From: Candidatus Microgenomates bacterium
GTDB taxonomy: Bacteria; Patescibacteriota; Microgenomatia; UBA12405; UBA6130
Length of the DNA: 40,726 nucleotides
Assembly (NCBI GenBank): GCA_015485895.1
Contig: WFSR01000062.1
Coordinates: 1 to 40,726, forward strand
Direction of reading: 5' to 3'
Made by a program: the position numbers and the translations under genes. Shown here one piece after another: positions 8,405 through 16,700 of the stretch (position 1 is its first letter; each line of letters begins with the position of its first letter). The notes below the pieces were generated by a model, which was not told the origin of the DNA, did not search any database, and saw only the letters and a program-made list of their open reading frames with translations.

Positions 8405-9250
8405 TCAATTTTTAATTGCCTTAGCCACAATTTTTAACGGGGCGATAATTTGACCGTTAACATTTATTTTCATTATATCAAACTGATAAGGCTCTTTTTC
8501 AGTAATAACCAAATAGTTACCTTTAGCCAGGGGAGTAGCAGTTTGGAACTGACCCAAACCATTGGTGCGCATTGCTCGAACTGGATTCCCTTCGGCATCC
8601 TGAATTTCCACAATTGCTCCCTCTACAGTATCACCTTCGCTGTCGACCACCAAACCACTAACAATATTTGGTTGTGTAGGAGTAGCCGGCAGTTTCTGAT
8701 TAACAAATTGTGCTGGAGTTGTATCCTGACGTTTCTTAGTCTCCCAAAGTTGTGATAATTCCTGCCAATTCGGTTCGTTCGCCTTCACACCAGTTGAGGT
8801 AGTAGTTAGTGCCGCCCTTTGGGCCGGAGGCGGTGGCTTACGCTGGGGAAGAGAAGCTAAAAATTCCCGGGCTGCCTGGGCTTGTCCCCCAACGGCAACT
8901 TTTTGAAAAAAACGAGCCCGATGTGCCTGTTGAGCTAAGAGATCCAGATCAACTGCCGCCGGCATCTTTTTCCAAAGAAATATTGTAGGTGAATAAACAC
9001 GCCGCAGAAAGATAAGAAACCAAACCTCAAGAGGGCGACCGTTGACAGGAGCAAAAGCTAAAGCTGCAGCGATAACCAGGGGTAAAAGCGTTAAGAAAAA
9101 GCGTAAAGAAACAGGGAGATGAGAAGTATAAAAAATACCGGCGATAATAACGCCAGCTGCCATTTTAGCGAATTGTTTGAGAGTCATATTACCCACAAGA
9201 CGAAACTCATACGAAGAAATCTCTTGTGGTATTTGATGCTGTCCTAACAT
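8405..9250 (-). CDS. PrgI/VirB3-like membrane protein with a C-terminal beta-sandwich (CarboxypepD_reg-like) domain
   Basis: N-terminus (IPQEISSYEFRLVGNMTLKQFAKMAAGVIIAG) plus two TM helices matches the PrgI-family layout. A Pro/Gln/Thr-rich linker follows, then GLVVDSEGDTVEGAIVEIQDAEGNPVRAMRTNGLGQFQ..LAKGNYLV. Confidence 0.6.
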   Translation of the reverse strand: MLGQHQIPQEISSYEFRLVGNMTLKQFAKMAAGVIIAGIFYTSHLPVSLRFFLTLLPLVIAAALAFAPVNGRPLEVWFLIFLRRVYSPTIFLWKKMPAAVDLDLLAQQAHRARFFQKVAVGGQAQAAREFLASLPQRKPPPPAQRAALTTTSTGVKANEPNWQELSQLWETKKRQDTTPAQFVNQKLPATPTQPNIVSGLVVDSEGDTVEGAIVEIQDAEGNPVRAMRTNGLGQFQTATPLAKGNYLVITEKEPYQFDIMKINVNGQIIAPLKIVAKAIKN

Positions 9251-9257
9251 TTATTTC

Positions 9258-9266
9258 AGTTTAGCA
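9258..9266 (-). promoter_or_regulatory. extended -10 like box (TGcTAAACT) 7 nt upstream of the PrgI-like ATG
   Basis: The minus strand reads TGCTAAACT, then gaaataa, then ATG (9250). Confidence 0.45.
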
Positions 9267-9325
9267 TAAAAGAGAGAGAACAACTAGGGAATTGGAGCTA
9301 GGAATTAGAAACTTAGTAATGCGTT

Positions 9326-9363
9326 ATCCTGACTCCTTGACGTCACGTCGGGAAGTTCAGGAT
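9326..9363. repeat. copy of the nested hairpin module ATCCTGA..GACGTnACGTC..TTCAGGAT
   Basis: atcctgactccttgacgtcacgtcgggaagttcaggat. Related copies lie at 20588-20643, 22072-22113, 30638-30680 and 40690 to the window end. Confidence 0.8.
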
Positions 9364-9456
9364 CTCTGACAAACAGGCTGCCTAAAGACGAAAGCTCTGA
9401 TAAGAAAAAAGAAAAATTAGTATAATGAAGTAAATAGAACTAGAAACTAGGTTCGC

Positions 9457-9576
9457 CTCCGCCAGTTGGCGGAGTCGGAGGAGCTGATGCTGGCGACTCT
9501 AGTAACAATCTGCCATTCGCTGAAGACCCAACTCATGCACGCAAGGGTGAGGTATAAATTAGTCTTAGTTAGATAA
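9457..9576 (+). repeat. GC hairpin plus a conserved ~80-nt element and a 45-nt tail (candidate structured RNA/DNA element)
   Basis: 9472-9552 aligns with 16701-16783 at roughly 80% identity. 9532-9576 matches the reverse complement of 16617-16661 at 41 of 45 nt. Confidence 0.8.
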
Positions 9577-9615
9577 GCCTTTTTTAAGCTGATTTTTATT
9601 GGGGAAGACTTAGCG

Positions 9616-9644
9616 TTGACTTGTTGATCCTCCTGGAGTAAACT
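9616..9644 (+). promoter_or_regulatory. sigma70-like promoter TTGACT-17 nt-TAAACT, 9 nt upstream of the tig GTG
   Basis: ttgact (9616-9621), a 17-nt spacer, taaact (9639-9644), and GTG at 9654. Confidence 0.5.
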
Positions 9645-9653
9645 AAGACTACC

Positions 9654-10508
9654 GTGGAAAAAGATAACATTCAAACTACACTTTCTTGGCCAGAAGAAAA
9701 CATCTTTGAAATTAAGGTTACAGTACCATGGGGGCGTATTCAAGGTGAATACCAAAAGTTACTTGTCGCCTTTGCTAAACAACTGGAAAGTCATGGTTTT
9801 CGTAAAGGTAATGTTCCACCCAAATTGGCTGAAGAGAAAATTGGCAAGGAAAAGCTTTACCAACAATTAAGCAATCAATTATTACCTCTCATCTATAATG
9901 AAGCTATTGCTAAAGAGAACATTCAGGCCATTGGTCAACCAAAAATCGAATTAGTAAAAGCAAAAGAGGGTGAGAATTGGGAACTTAAGATTACCGGTTA
10001 TCGCAAGCCCCAAGTCAACCTCGCCGGTTATAAGGAAAAAATCAAGACCTTAAATGCTCAAAGCAAAATTTGGACCCCTGAAAAAGGAAAATCACCAGAA
10101 CAAACAGCTGCCGAACAACAAAAAGAAAAAGAGGATAAATTCCAAAAGATTATTGCCACCCTCTTAAATAATATCACCGTCAACATTCCTGAACCTATGA
10201 TAGAAACTGAGGTAAAAAGAAAAATGGCCGGTCTTATCGCGGATCTCCAGAAAGCAGGAATGAGCTTGGGTGACTATGCCCAATCACAGGGTAAAAGTGT
10301 CGAACAAATTCAACAGGAATATCGACAGCAGGTCGAGGGGCTTATCAAGCTGGAACTAATTTTGGAAGCTATTGCTAATCAAGAGCACATTATTGTTAAC
10401 CAGGAAGAGATTCAGCAGCTTACCAAAAACAATCCTCAGGTAAATACCTATATCCTAAGCCAACTGCTCCGTCAACAAAAAGTGCTTGAATACCTCAATA
10501 GCCTGTAG
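9654..10508 (+). CDS. tig: trigger factor, short form lacking the PPIase domain
   Basis: Ribosome-binding signature GFRKGNVP in the N-domain. A C-domain-like segment (ITVNIPEPMIETEVKRKMAGLIADLQKAGMSLGDY). Only 284 aa, with a short charged linker where the FKBP domain would be. Confidence 0.78.
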   Translation: MEKDNIQTTLSWPEENIFEIKVTVPWGRIQGEYQKLLVAFAKQLESHGFRKGNVPPKLAEEKIGKEKLYQQLSNQLLPLIYNEAIAKENIQAIGQPKIELVKAKEGENWELKITGYRKPQVNLAGYKEKIKTLNAQSKIWTPEKGKSPEQTAAEQQKEKEDKFQKIIATLLNNITVNIPEPMIETEVKRKMAGLIADLQKAGMSLGDYAQSQGKSVEQIQQEYRQQVEGLIKLELILEAIANQEHIIVNQEEIQQLTKNNPQVNTYILSQLLRQQKVLEYLNSL

Positions 10509-10520
10509 TAAAATCTATAT

Positions 10521-11036
10521 ATGGCACAGAAAAACAACTCAGGTCATCAGCAAGGGGGGCAAAATCAGGTTTCTTTTGAAACCTTAGCTAAACAGCAAAT
10601 CTCAAGAGAACAACAGCGTTTGGAAATTCTTCGCCGGATAGCTTTCTTGCACCAAAAAGAAGCTGTTGAAAAAAAGCCCAGCTACAATCTTCTCTATAAT
10701 GGTAGTGAACGGCAAACAAAAGAAGAAATAATTGCTTTACGTCAGGAAATAAAAAAGCTCGCCAAAAAGGTTGTCCATATCCAAGCTAATGTCGACCGTG
10801 CCGTTAACCAAAGGGCTAGTCGGCCAAGCCATTACGAGTTAAGCTTTTGGCAACATCTTCATCGCTGGGTGCGCCAGCTGGTAGAAAAAGCTGACAAGGT
10901 AGATATTTGGTTACAAGAATGGAATCAACGCCGGCGCAAAAAAGGTGATTTTTGGGGAATCGTTAGCAACAAGAAGCGTGGCGGCGCTCAGTTTCTTCTT
11001 TCATCTGAACATTATATGGCGCGATCAGCAGGCTAA
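10521..11036 (+). CDS. hypothetical protein (basic, coiled-coil-like)
   Basis: 171-aa ORF filling the tig-thrS gap on the same strand. No recognisable motifs. Confidence 0.6.
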   Translation: MAQKNNSGHQQGGQNQVSFETLAKQQISREQQRLEILRRIAFLHQKEAVEKKPSYNLLYNGSERQTKEEIIALRQEIKKLAKKVVHIQANVDRAVNQRASRPSHYELSFWQHLHRWVRQLVEKADKVDIWLQEWNQRRRKKGDFWGIVSNKKRGGAQFLLSSEHYMARSAG

Positions 11037-11057
11037 TTTGACTTTCACCCCGAGAGC

Positions 11058-12842
11058 ATGTTTAATAAAACAAAAGTGAAAAAAACCAAAACAGAAAAGT
11101 TAGCCATTCTACGTCATTCCTGTGAGCATTTACTAATGCAAGCTATGTTGCGTCTCTGGCCGGGGAAAATTCTAATGGCACTAGGACCGGCAACCAAGAA
11201 CGGTTTCTATGCTGACTTTGAAACCCTCGATAATTTAAAAATTACCCCCACTGACTTTCCCAAAATAGAGGCAGAAATGCACAAAATCGTTCAAGAAAAG
11301 TTACTGTTCAAAAAATATATTATTAATACAAAAAGAGCACGAAAATTATTCGCCAATAATCCCTATAAACAGGAGCTTATCGACGATATCGTGCACAAAA
11401 AAGAGCCTATTTCTATTTATTATACCGGCAGAGACTTTGTTGATCTTTGCCGAGGCCCCCATGTACAAAACACCGGTCAACTAAAGCACTTTAAGCTCTT
11501 AAGTGTAGCTGGAGCTTATTGGCGGGGGAGCGAAAAAAATAAAATGCTCACTAGAATTTACGGAACTTGTTTCCCGACTAAGAAGGAATTAGATACTTAT
11601 CTCAAGCAACGCGCGGAAGCACAAAAACGTGATCATCGCCGTTTGGGAGAAGAGCTGGATCTCTTTATTATTGATGAGACAGTAGGACCTGGATTAATTT
11701 TATGGCAGCCAAAAGGGGCTATCCTTCGCAAAATCATTATGGATTTCGCTCTTGATACCTATCTAAAAAATGGTTACCAACTCGTTTTTACCCCCCACAT
11801 TGCCCGGATTAAACTTTGGCAACAATCAGGCCATTGGGACTTTTACCGTGAGTCTATGTTTGCCCCATTCAAAGCCGAAAATCAACTTTATAGTCTAAAG
11901 CCGATGAATTGTCCCCTACACGTTAAAATTTATAATCACAAAATAAAAAGTTACCGCGACCTACCGTTGCGCTATACCGAAATGGGAACGGTTTACCGTT
12001 TCGAAAAAAGCGGCGTTCTCCATGGTTTAACTCGCGTGCGGGGCTTTACTCAAGATGACGCTCACATTATCTGTCGCCGTGATCAACTAGAAGAGGAAAT
12101 TAGTCATGCTTTAGAGCTCACTTTTTATATTCTAAAAACGTTCGGCTTCAACAAATTCAAAGTAAAACTAAGTACTCGCGATCCCAAAGAAAAGGGAAAA
12201 TTTATTGGCAATGATGAAGATTGGCAACTAGCAGAAAAACTACTTCTCCAGTCGCTGAAGAAGAATAAAATTCCTTCTTTAGAGGAAGATCGCGGCGGGG
12301 CAGCTTTCTATGGACCCAAAATAGATGTAACAATCAACGACGCCATCGGGCGTGAATGGCAATTATCAACTATCCAATTAGATTTTAACCTGCCATCTCG
12401 TTTCCAAATGCGCTACATTGACCAAAAGGGGCAGGCTCGCCAACCTTTCATGATTCACCGAGCTTTGCTGGGTTCTCTAGAACGCTTTATCGGCATCTTA
12501 ATCGAACACTATGCCGGTGCTTTTCCACCTTGGCTCGCACCAGTTCAGGTGGTTATTTTGCCCATAACTGAAAAGGAAATAGGACCAGCTAAAAAGATAG
12601 CCGATCAATTATCGCAAGCCAATTTACGTTACGAATTAAGCAGTAGTAATCAAACTTTGAGCTATCGCCTTCGTCAGGCAGAATTGCAAAAAATTCCCTA
12701 TCTACTTATCGTTGGCCAGCGGGAAGTTAAGGAAAACAAGATGGTACTACGCCGGCGGGGCAACAAGGAACAGCGAACCCTTACCATAAAGGATTTCTTG
12801 GCTATCGTTAATAAAGAAATTGCCAAAAAAAAGCTTCTGTGA
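11058..12842 (+). CDS. thrS: threonyl-tRNA synthetase (no N-terminal TGS domain)
   Basis: Editing-domain metal motif LRHSCEHLL..DLCRGPHV. Class II core MNCPLHVKIY, RVRGFTQDDAHIIC, IHRALLGSLERF. The protein starts about 60 aa later than the E. coli-type enzyme. Confidence 0.94.
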   Translation: MFNKTKVKKTKTEKLAILRHSCEHLLMQAMLRLWPGKILMALGPATKNGFYADFETLDNLKITPTDFPKIEAEMHKIVQEKLLFKKYIINTKRARKLFANNPYKQELIDDIVHKKEPISIYYTGRDFVDLCRGPHVQNTGQLKHFKLLSVAGAYWRGSEKNKMLTRIYGTCFPTKKELDTYLKQRAEAQKRDHRRLGEELDLFIIDETVGPGLILWQPKGAILRKIIMDFALDTYLKNGYQLVFTPHIARIKLWQQSGHWDFYRESMFAPFKAENQLYSLKPMNCPLHVKIYNHKIKSYRDLPLRYTEMGTVYRFEKSGVLHGLTRVRGFTQDDAHIICRRDQLEEEISHALELTFYILKTFGFNKFKVKLSTRDPKEKGKFIGNDEDWQLAEKLLLQSLKKNKIPSLEEDRGGAAFYGPKIDVTINDAIGREWQLSTIQLDFNLPSRFQMRYIDQKGQARQPFMIHRALLGSLERFIGILIEHYAGAFPPWLAPVQVVILPITEKEIGPAKKIADQLSQANLRYELSSSNQTLSYRLRQAELQKIPYLLIVGQREVKENKMVLRRRGNKEQRTLTIKDFLAIVNKEIAKKKLL

Positions 12843-12857
12843 TATAGTAAGGAGTAG

Positions 12858-13409
12858 TTGCCTGTGAGAAAGCAAGAAAAGACTATTTTTTATCGAATAA
12901 ATTGGCAAATACGGGCATCGCCCATTCGCGTTATTGACAGTCAGGGCAAACAATTGGGTATCTTAGCTTTAGACAAAGCACGGATTTTAGCTCAAGAGAA
13001 AGGTCTTGATTTGGTTGAGATAGCGCCTAGAGCCAAGCCACCGGTGGCAAAATTAATTAATTATGCTAAATTTAAGTATCAACAGCAAAAAAAGCGACGG
13101 CAAGAACACAAAAAACAGAAAAGGGGAGAAGTAAAAGAATTTCGCTTTTCCCCATTTGTTGAAGAAGCCGATGTTACCAGGAAATTGAAAAGAGCTAAGA
13201 AATTCAGTTTGGCAGGAAGAAGGTTAAAAATTACCGTCCGTTTCCGGGGACGGCAAATTACCAAGCAGAATTTTGGTTATGATTTAATTAATAAAATTGC
13301 TAAAATTCTAGAGGAAAATTATCAACTAGAGGAGAAACCAAAAATTATAGGAAAAAGACTTATTGCTTTTTTTAAACCTATAAAGCATGAAAACGAAACA
13401 AAAAATTAG
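12858..13409 (+). CDS. infC: translation initiation factor IF-3
   Basis: RINWQIRASPIRVIDSQGKQLGI and LDLVEIAPRAKPPVAKLINY. Non-ATG start: TTG at 12858, or more likely GTG at 12864, which lies 9 nt after AAGGAG (12849-12854). Confidence 0.9.
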   Translation: MPVRKQEKTIFYRINWQIRASPIRVIDSQGKQLGILALDKARILAQEKGLDLVEIAPRAKPPVAKLINYAKFKYQQQKKRRQEHKKQKRGEVKEFRFSPFVEEADVTRKLKRAKKFSLAGRRLKITVRFRGRQITKQNFGYDLINKIAKILEENYQLEEKPKIIGKRLIAFFKPIKHENETKN

Positions 13410-13590
13410 AAAAGCCCTTTCAAAACGTTTTAGAATAACGCCGAAAGGGAAAATTTTGCGTCTCCATAGCGGCGGTCGTCACCTTCGCCGGCGAAAAAGC
13501 CGGAAACAAAAACGCCGCCTCAAGAAACCAATAGAGGTAAAAGGCCGTTTGGCTATCAAACTTAGGAAATTGTTAGGAGGTAAAAAATGA
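13387..13590 (+). CDS. rpmI: 50S ribosomal protein L35
   Basis: MKTKQKIRKALSKRFRITPKGKI... In the conserved infC-rpmI-rplT order. Overlaps infC by 23 nt. Confidence 0.9.
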   Translation: MKTKQKIRKALSKRFRITPKGKILRLHSGGRHLRRRKSRKQKRRLKKPIEVKGRLAIKLRKLLGGKK

Positions 13591-13961
13591 GAGTGAAAAC
13601 GGGGTATTCACGACGCCGTCACCATAAAAAAATTCTTCAGCAAACAAAGGGGTACAGAATGACCCACCATCGTCTTCTCAAGGTTGCCCACGAGGCTCTT
13701 CTCCACGCAGGCCAATACGCATTCGCGGGTCGCAAAAAACGAAAGCGAGACTTGCACCGATTATGGATTACCCGCTTAAACGCTGCTCTTCGTCAGGAAA
13801 ATCTCATCTATTCCCATTTTATTCATCTCTTAAAAAAGAGAGGGGTTACGCTGAACCGCAAAATGTTGGCCGAATTGGCTACGCGTGAACCGTTAAAATT
13901 TAAAGCTTTACTCTCTGCGATATTACCACCGTCATCCCAAAATCCTAAGGCTGAGAAGTAG
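13587..13961 (+). CDS. rplT: 50S ribosomal protein L20
   Basis: MRVKTGYSRRRHHKKILQQTKGY...RKKRKRDLHRLWITRLNAA. AGGAGG lies 6 nt upstream. Confidence 0.95.
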   Translation: MRVKTGYSRRRHHKKILQQTKGYRMTHHRLLKVAHEALLHAGQYAFAGRKKRKRDLHRLWITRLNAALRQENLIYSHFIHLLKKRGVTLNRKMLAELATREPLKFKALLSAILPPSSQNPKAEK

Positions 13962-16539
13962 CAGAAGCAGTTGCTGTGGGTATTGGCGTAGGTATTGGCG
14001 AAGGGACAAAATTCCACGGTTTATTTACTCCAATATGAATTATCTTCTCCGCTTTTTGCTGTTTTTCATCTTCTGCCTCGGCTTTAAGCACATAAACACC
14101 ATCGCTCAAAGTAACCGGCTTTTCATAAGGTAAACCTACAAAATGGGCAATTTCCAGATTGTTAGCCAAAACCCTTACTTCTTTTATTTTCTCCAAGCTA
14201 TTGACCCGCAATTTAAGCAAGAAACTATTGCCCACTGTCTCTTCGTCTTTGGGACTCTGAAATTGGAGAGCCAATGGATTACCTTGACAATAGCTATGCG
14301 GGGGATGATAACGAGGATCCGATTGGGTTGCTAACCAGTTTAAAATACCTTCTTGCCAGCGATTTTTACCATCCTTAGAGACAGGATCTTCTTCTTTAAA
14401 AATAAAGAACTCTTTCTCGTCATAATCGCCCGCAGCAATTTGGCCCGGTGTGGCCAACTTATGCTCCTCCCGGCAAAGTTTTAACTTCACATGAATAGGG
14501 TCTTTACCCACTGGTTCGGTTCCTTTGATAAAGTACTCCTGACGCGAAGGGAAACCATCATGAGCCGGATAGCCAGAAACAATATCCACTCCCATTTGAT
14601 GGACATCATCAGGCTTCACAACAGGCTGGTAACCATATCTTTTTAGGGCTGCTAACATAACCCGCCGCCAAATTGGTGTTGCCCCAGAGATACCTGACGC
14701 TACCCTCTTCATCGGACTATTATCATTATTGCCAACCCATACTGCCACCAAAATATTGCCCGTCCAACCAATAGCCCAATTATCGCGCTTATCATTGGTT
14801 GTTCCAGTTTTTACTGCTACTTGCTTACCAGGGATACAAAGACCACTATGAGGACCAAAACTAATTAGTCGTGCCTTATCATCAGACAAAATATTGCTAA
14901 TGATAAAAGCCACTCCTGGTGAAAACACCGTTTTTCCTGATGTTGGTTGAAATTGGAAAAGAATCTTACCAGTTTGATCTTTTACCTGCAAAATCCCTAC
15001 AGGACTCTCCACTCGCCCTTGATTTGCGAAAGCAGTATAAGCACTGGCTAAATCAATCATCCTTATTTCACCGCCGCCTAGAGTTACCGCTAAGCCAAAC
15101 CGACGCAAGTTGTTGGGCGTGGGCGCTAAGGTATGGAGTCCCATTTGATCAGCCTTAGTCAACATGTTCTTCAAACCAACCATAGCTAACATTTTTACTG
15201 CTGGAACATTAATAGAATTACCTAAAGCATAACGTAATTGAAGAGGACCGTGATATTTGCCATCATAGTTAACAGGAACATAATCTGGCTGATTGGACGA
15301 CGAAGACGGAAAAACAGTTTTGACATCCATAAGCAGAGTAGCCGCTGTATACCCTTTTTCCAGAGCCAGGCCATAAGTCACCGGTTTTATAGCCGAGCCG
15401 GGTTGTCTCAATGCCTGAGTAACAACATTAAATTTCCCGTCAATATCTTTAGCAAAATAACTCTTAGACCCTACCATCGCCAGAACATCCCCCCGCCGAG
15501 GATTCAAGACCAAAACTCCGGCATTAGTAATGTGGAGATTTTTTACTTTCGCTAATTCTTCTTTCACGATTTTTTCTGCTTGTTCCTGCAAAGTTTCATC
15601 CAAGCTTGTTTCTACTTCTAGACCACCCTGCTCGACTAAAGATGCCCCATACAGTTGCTCTAATTGCTGCTTTATCCAAAAAACAAAATGGGGGGCTTTG
15701 ATAGAAACACTGGAAGGGGCAAAATGCATCTTTGGCAATTCTTCCCGGGCTGCTTTTTCAGTTTCCCTATCAATATACCCATCCTCCCGCATCCGCCGTA
15801 AAACCGCTTCTGTTCGCTTAATATAGGCTTGCGGATGCACACCATAAGGGGAGTAATATGATGGCCGCTGTGGTAAACCGGCCAGAAAAGCTGCCTCTGG
15901 CAAGTTCAGGTCACTAACTTTTTTATGGAAATATTCCTCAGCCGCCGCTCCCACTCCCCAAGCGTTTCCCCCATATGGAGCTTCGTTTAAATACATCAAA
16001 AGAATTTGATCCTTGGAATATTTTTTCTCTGTTTGAAGGGCCAAAATGAACTCTTTTAATTTTCTAGTTAAAGTACGCTGTGGGTTTAAAAGAACTACTT
16101 TTACTAGCTGCTGTGTCAATGTGGAGCCTCCCTCTAGGCGATGACGAAACGCAATATTATAAACAGCGCGAAGGATGCCTCGCCAGCTGAAACCGGGATG
16201 AGAATAAAAGTTTTTATCCTCGATGGAAATCGTCGCCCACTTTAAATAATCTGGCACCTCTTCCCAATTCACCGGTGTTCGTTTAGCCTGATGATAAACA
16301 TCAAAAAGTAATTGGTGGTTGCGATCATATATGCGAGTGGCAAAACCTTTGCGCCGCACCAAACGGTTTGGCGACGGCAAATCCCGAGCCGTCCAGGCAA
16401 AGGCTATCACCATACTAACAATTCCCACTAACAACAAAATAAAAGTAGCTAAAGAAAGGTAAAAAGCCCAGCGCCCCCAATTACCCCTTGACCGATATTG
16501 AGAAGGATATCGTCCACCACTCCGACGAAACAAAAACAT
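13945..16539 (-). CDS. class A penicillin-binding protein (glycosyltransferase + transpeptidase)
   Basis: N-terminal TM helix. GT51 motifs ISIEDKNFYSHPGF and GGSTLTQQLVK. Transpeptidase motifs SAIKP and KTGTT. A long C-terminal extension ends in a Pro/Thr-rich tail. The 3' end overlaps rplT by 17 nt. Confidence 0.9.
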   Translation of the reverse strand: MFLFRRSGGRYPSQYRSRGNWGRWAFYLSLATFILLLVGIVSMVIAFAWTARDLPSPNRLVRRKGFATRIYDRNHQLLFDVYHQAKRTPVNWEEVPDYLKWATISIEDKNFYSHPGFSWRGILRAVYNIAFRHRLEGGSTLTQQLVKVVLLNPQRTLTRKLKEFILALQTEKKYSKDQILLMYLNEAPYGGNAWGVGAAAEEYFHKKVSDLNLPEAAFLAGLPQRPSYYSPYGVHPQAYIKRTEAVLRRMREDGYIDRETEKAAREELPKMHFAPSSVSIKAPHFVFWIKQQLEQLYGASLVEQGGLEVETSLDETLQEQAEKIVKEELAKVKNLHITNAGVLVLNPRRGDVLAMVGSKSYFAKDIDGKFNVVTQALRQPGSAIKPVTYGLALEKGYTAATLLMDVKTVFPSSSSNQPDYVPVNYDGKYHGPLQLRYALGNSINVPAVKMLAMVGLKNMLTKADQMGLHTLAPTPNNLRRFGLAVTLGGGEIRMIDLASAYTAFANQGRVESPVGILQVKDQTGKILFQFQPTSGKTVFSPGVAFIISNILSDDKARLISFGPHSGLCIPGKQVAVKTGTTNDKRDNWAIGWTGNILVAVWVGNNDNSPMKRVASGISGATPIWRRVMLAALKRYGYQPVVKPDDVHQMGVDIVSGYPAHDGFPSRQEYFIKGTEPVGKDPIHVKLKLCREEHKLATPGQIAAGDYDEKEFFIFKEEDPVSKDGKNRWQEGILNWLATQSDPRYHPPHSYCQGNPLALQFQSPKDEETVGNSFLLKLRVNSLEKIKEVRVLANNLEIAHFVGLPYEKPVTLSDGVYVLKAEAEDEKQQKAEKIIHIGVNKPWNFVPSPIPTPIPTATASATSQP

Positions 16540-16616
16540 AAATTATTATAAACTAATAGACGTCGAAAGACTAGAATTAGTCTTACCTAATCAAAAAGCG
16601 GATTAAAAGAGAATCT

Positions 16617-16661
16617 TTATCTAACTAAGACTAATTTATATTTCGCCCATGCGTGCATGAG
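16617..16661 (-). repeat. inverted 45-nt copy of the tail of the 9457-9576 element
   Basis: The reverse complement ctcatgcacgcatgggcgaaatataaattagtcttagttagataa matches 9532-9576 at 41 of 45 nt. Confidence 0.85.
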
Positions 16662-16700
16662 CAGAATGACAAATACATGGCGCATCCACAATAGAAAGAA

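Noticed and set aside
5814-9250. VirB4 region as part of an integrative conjugative element or plasmid
   Set aside because: There is no relaxase, coupling protein, integrase, tRNA-adjacent att site or compositional break. The flanks are housekeeping genes sharing the same promoter style and repeat modules.
9447-9755. 102-aa minus-strand ORF spanning the conserved repeat element and the tig start
   Set aside because: It overlaps the tig N-terminus and the repeat element and has no supporting start signals.
11037-11057. T-box or other leader riboswitch upstream of thrS or trpS
   Set aside because: The available spacers are 21 nt and 2 nt, far too short for a T-box or any riboswitch.
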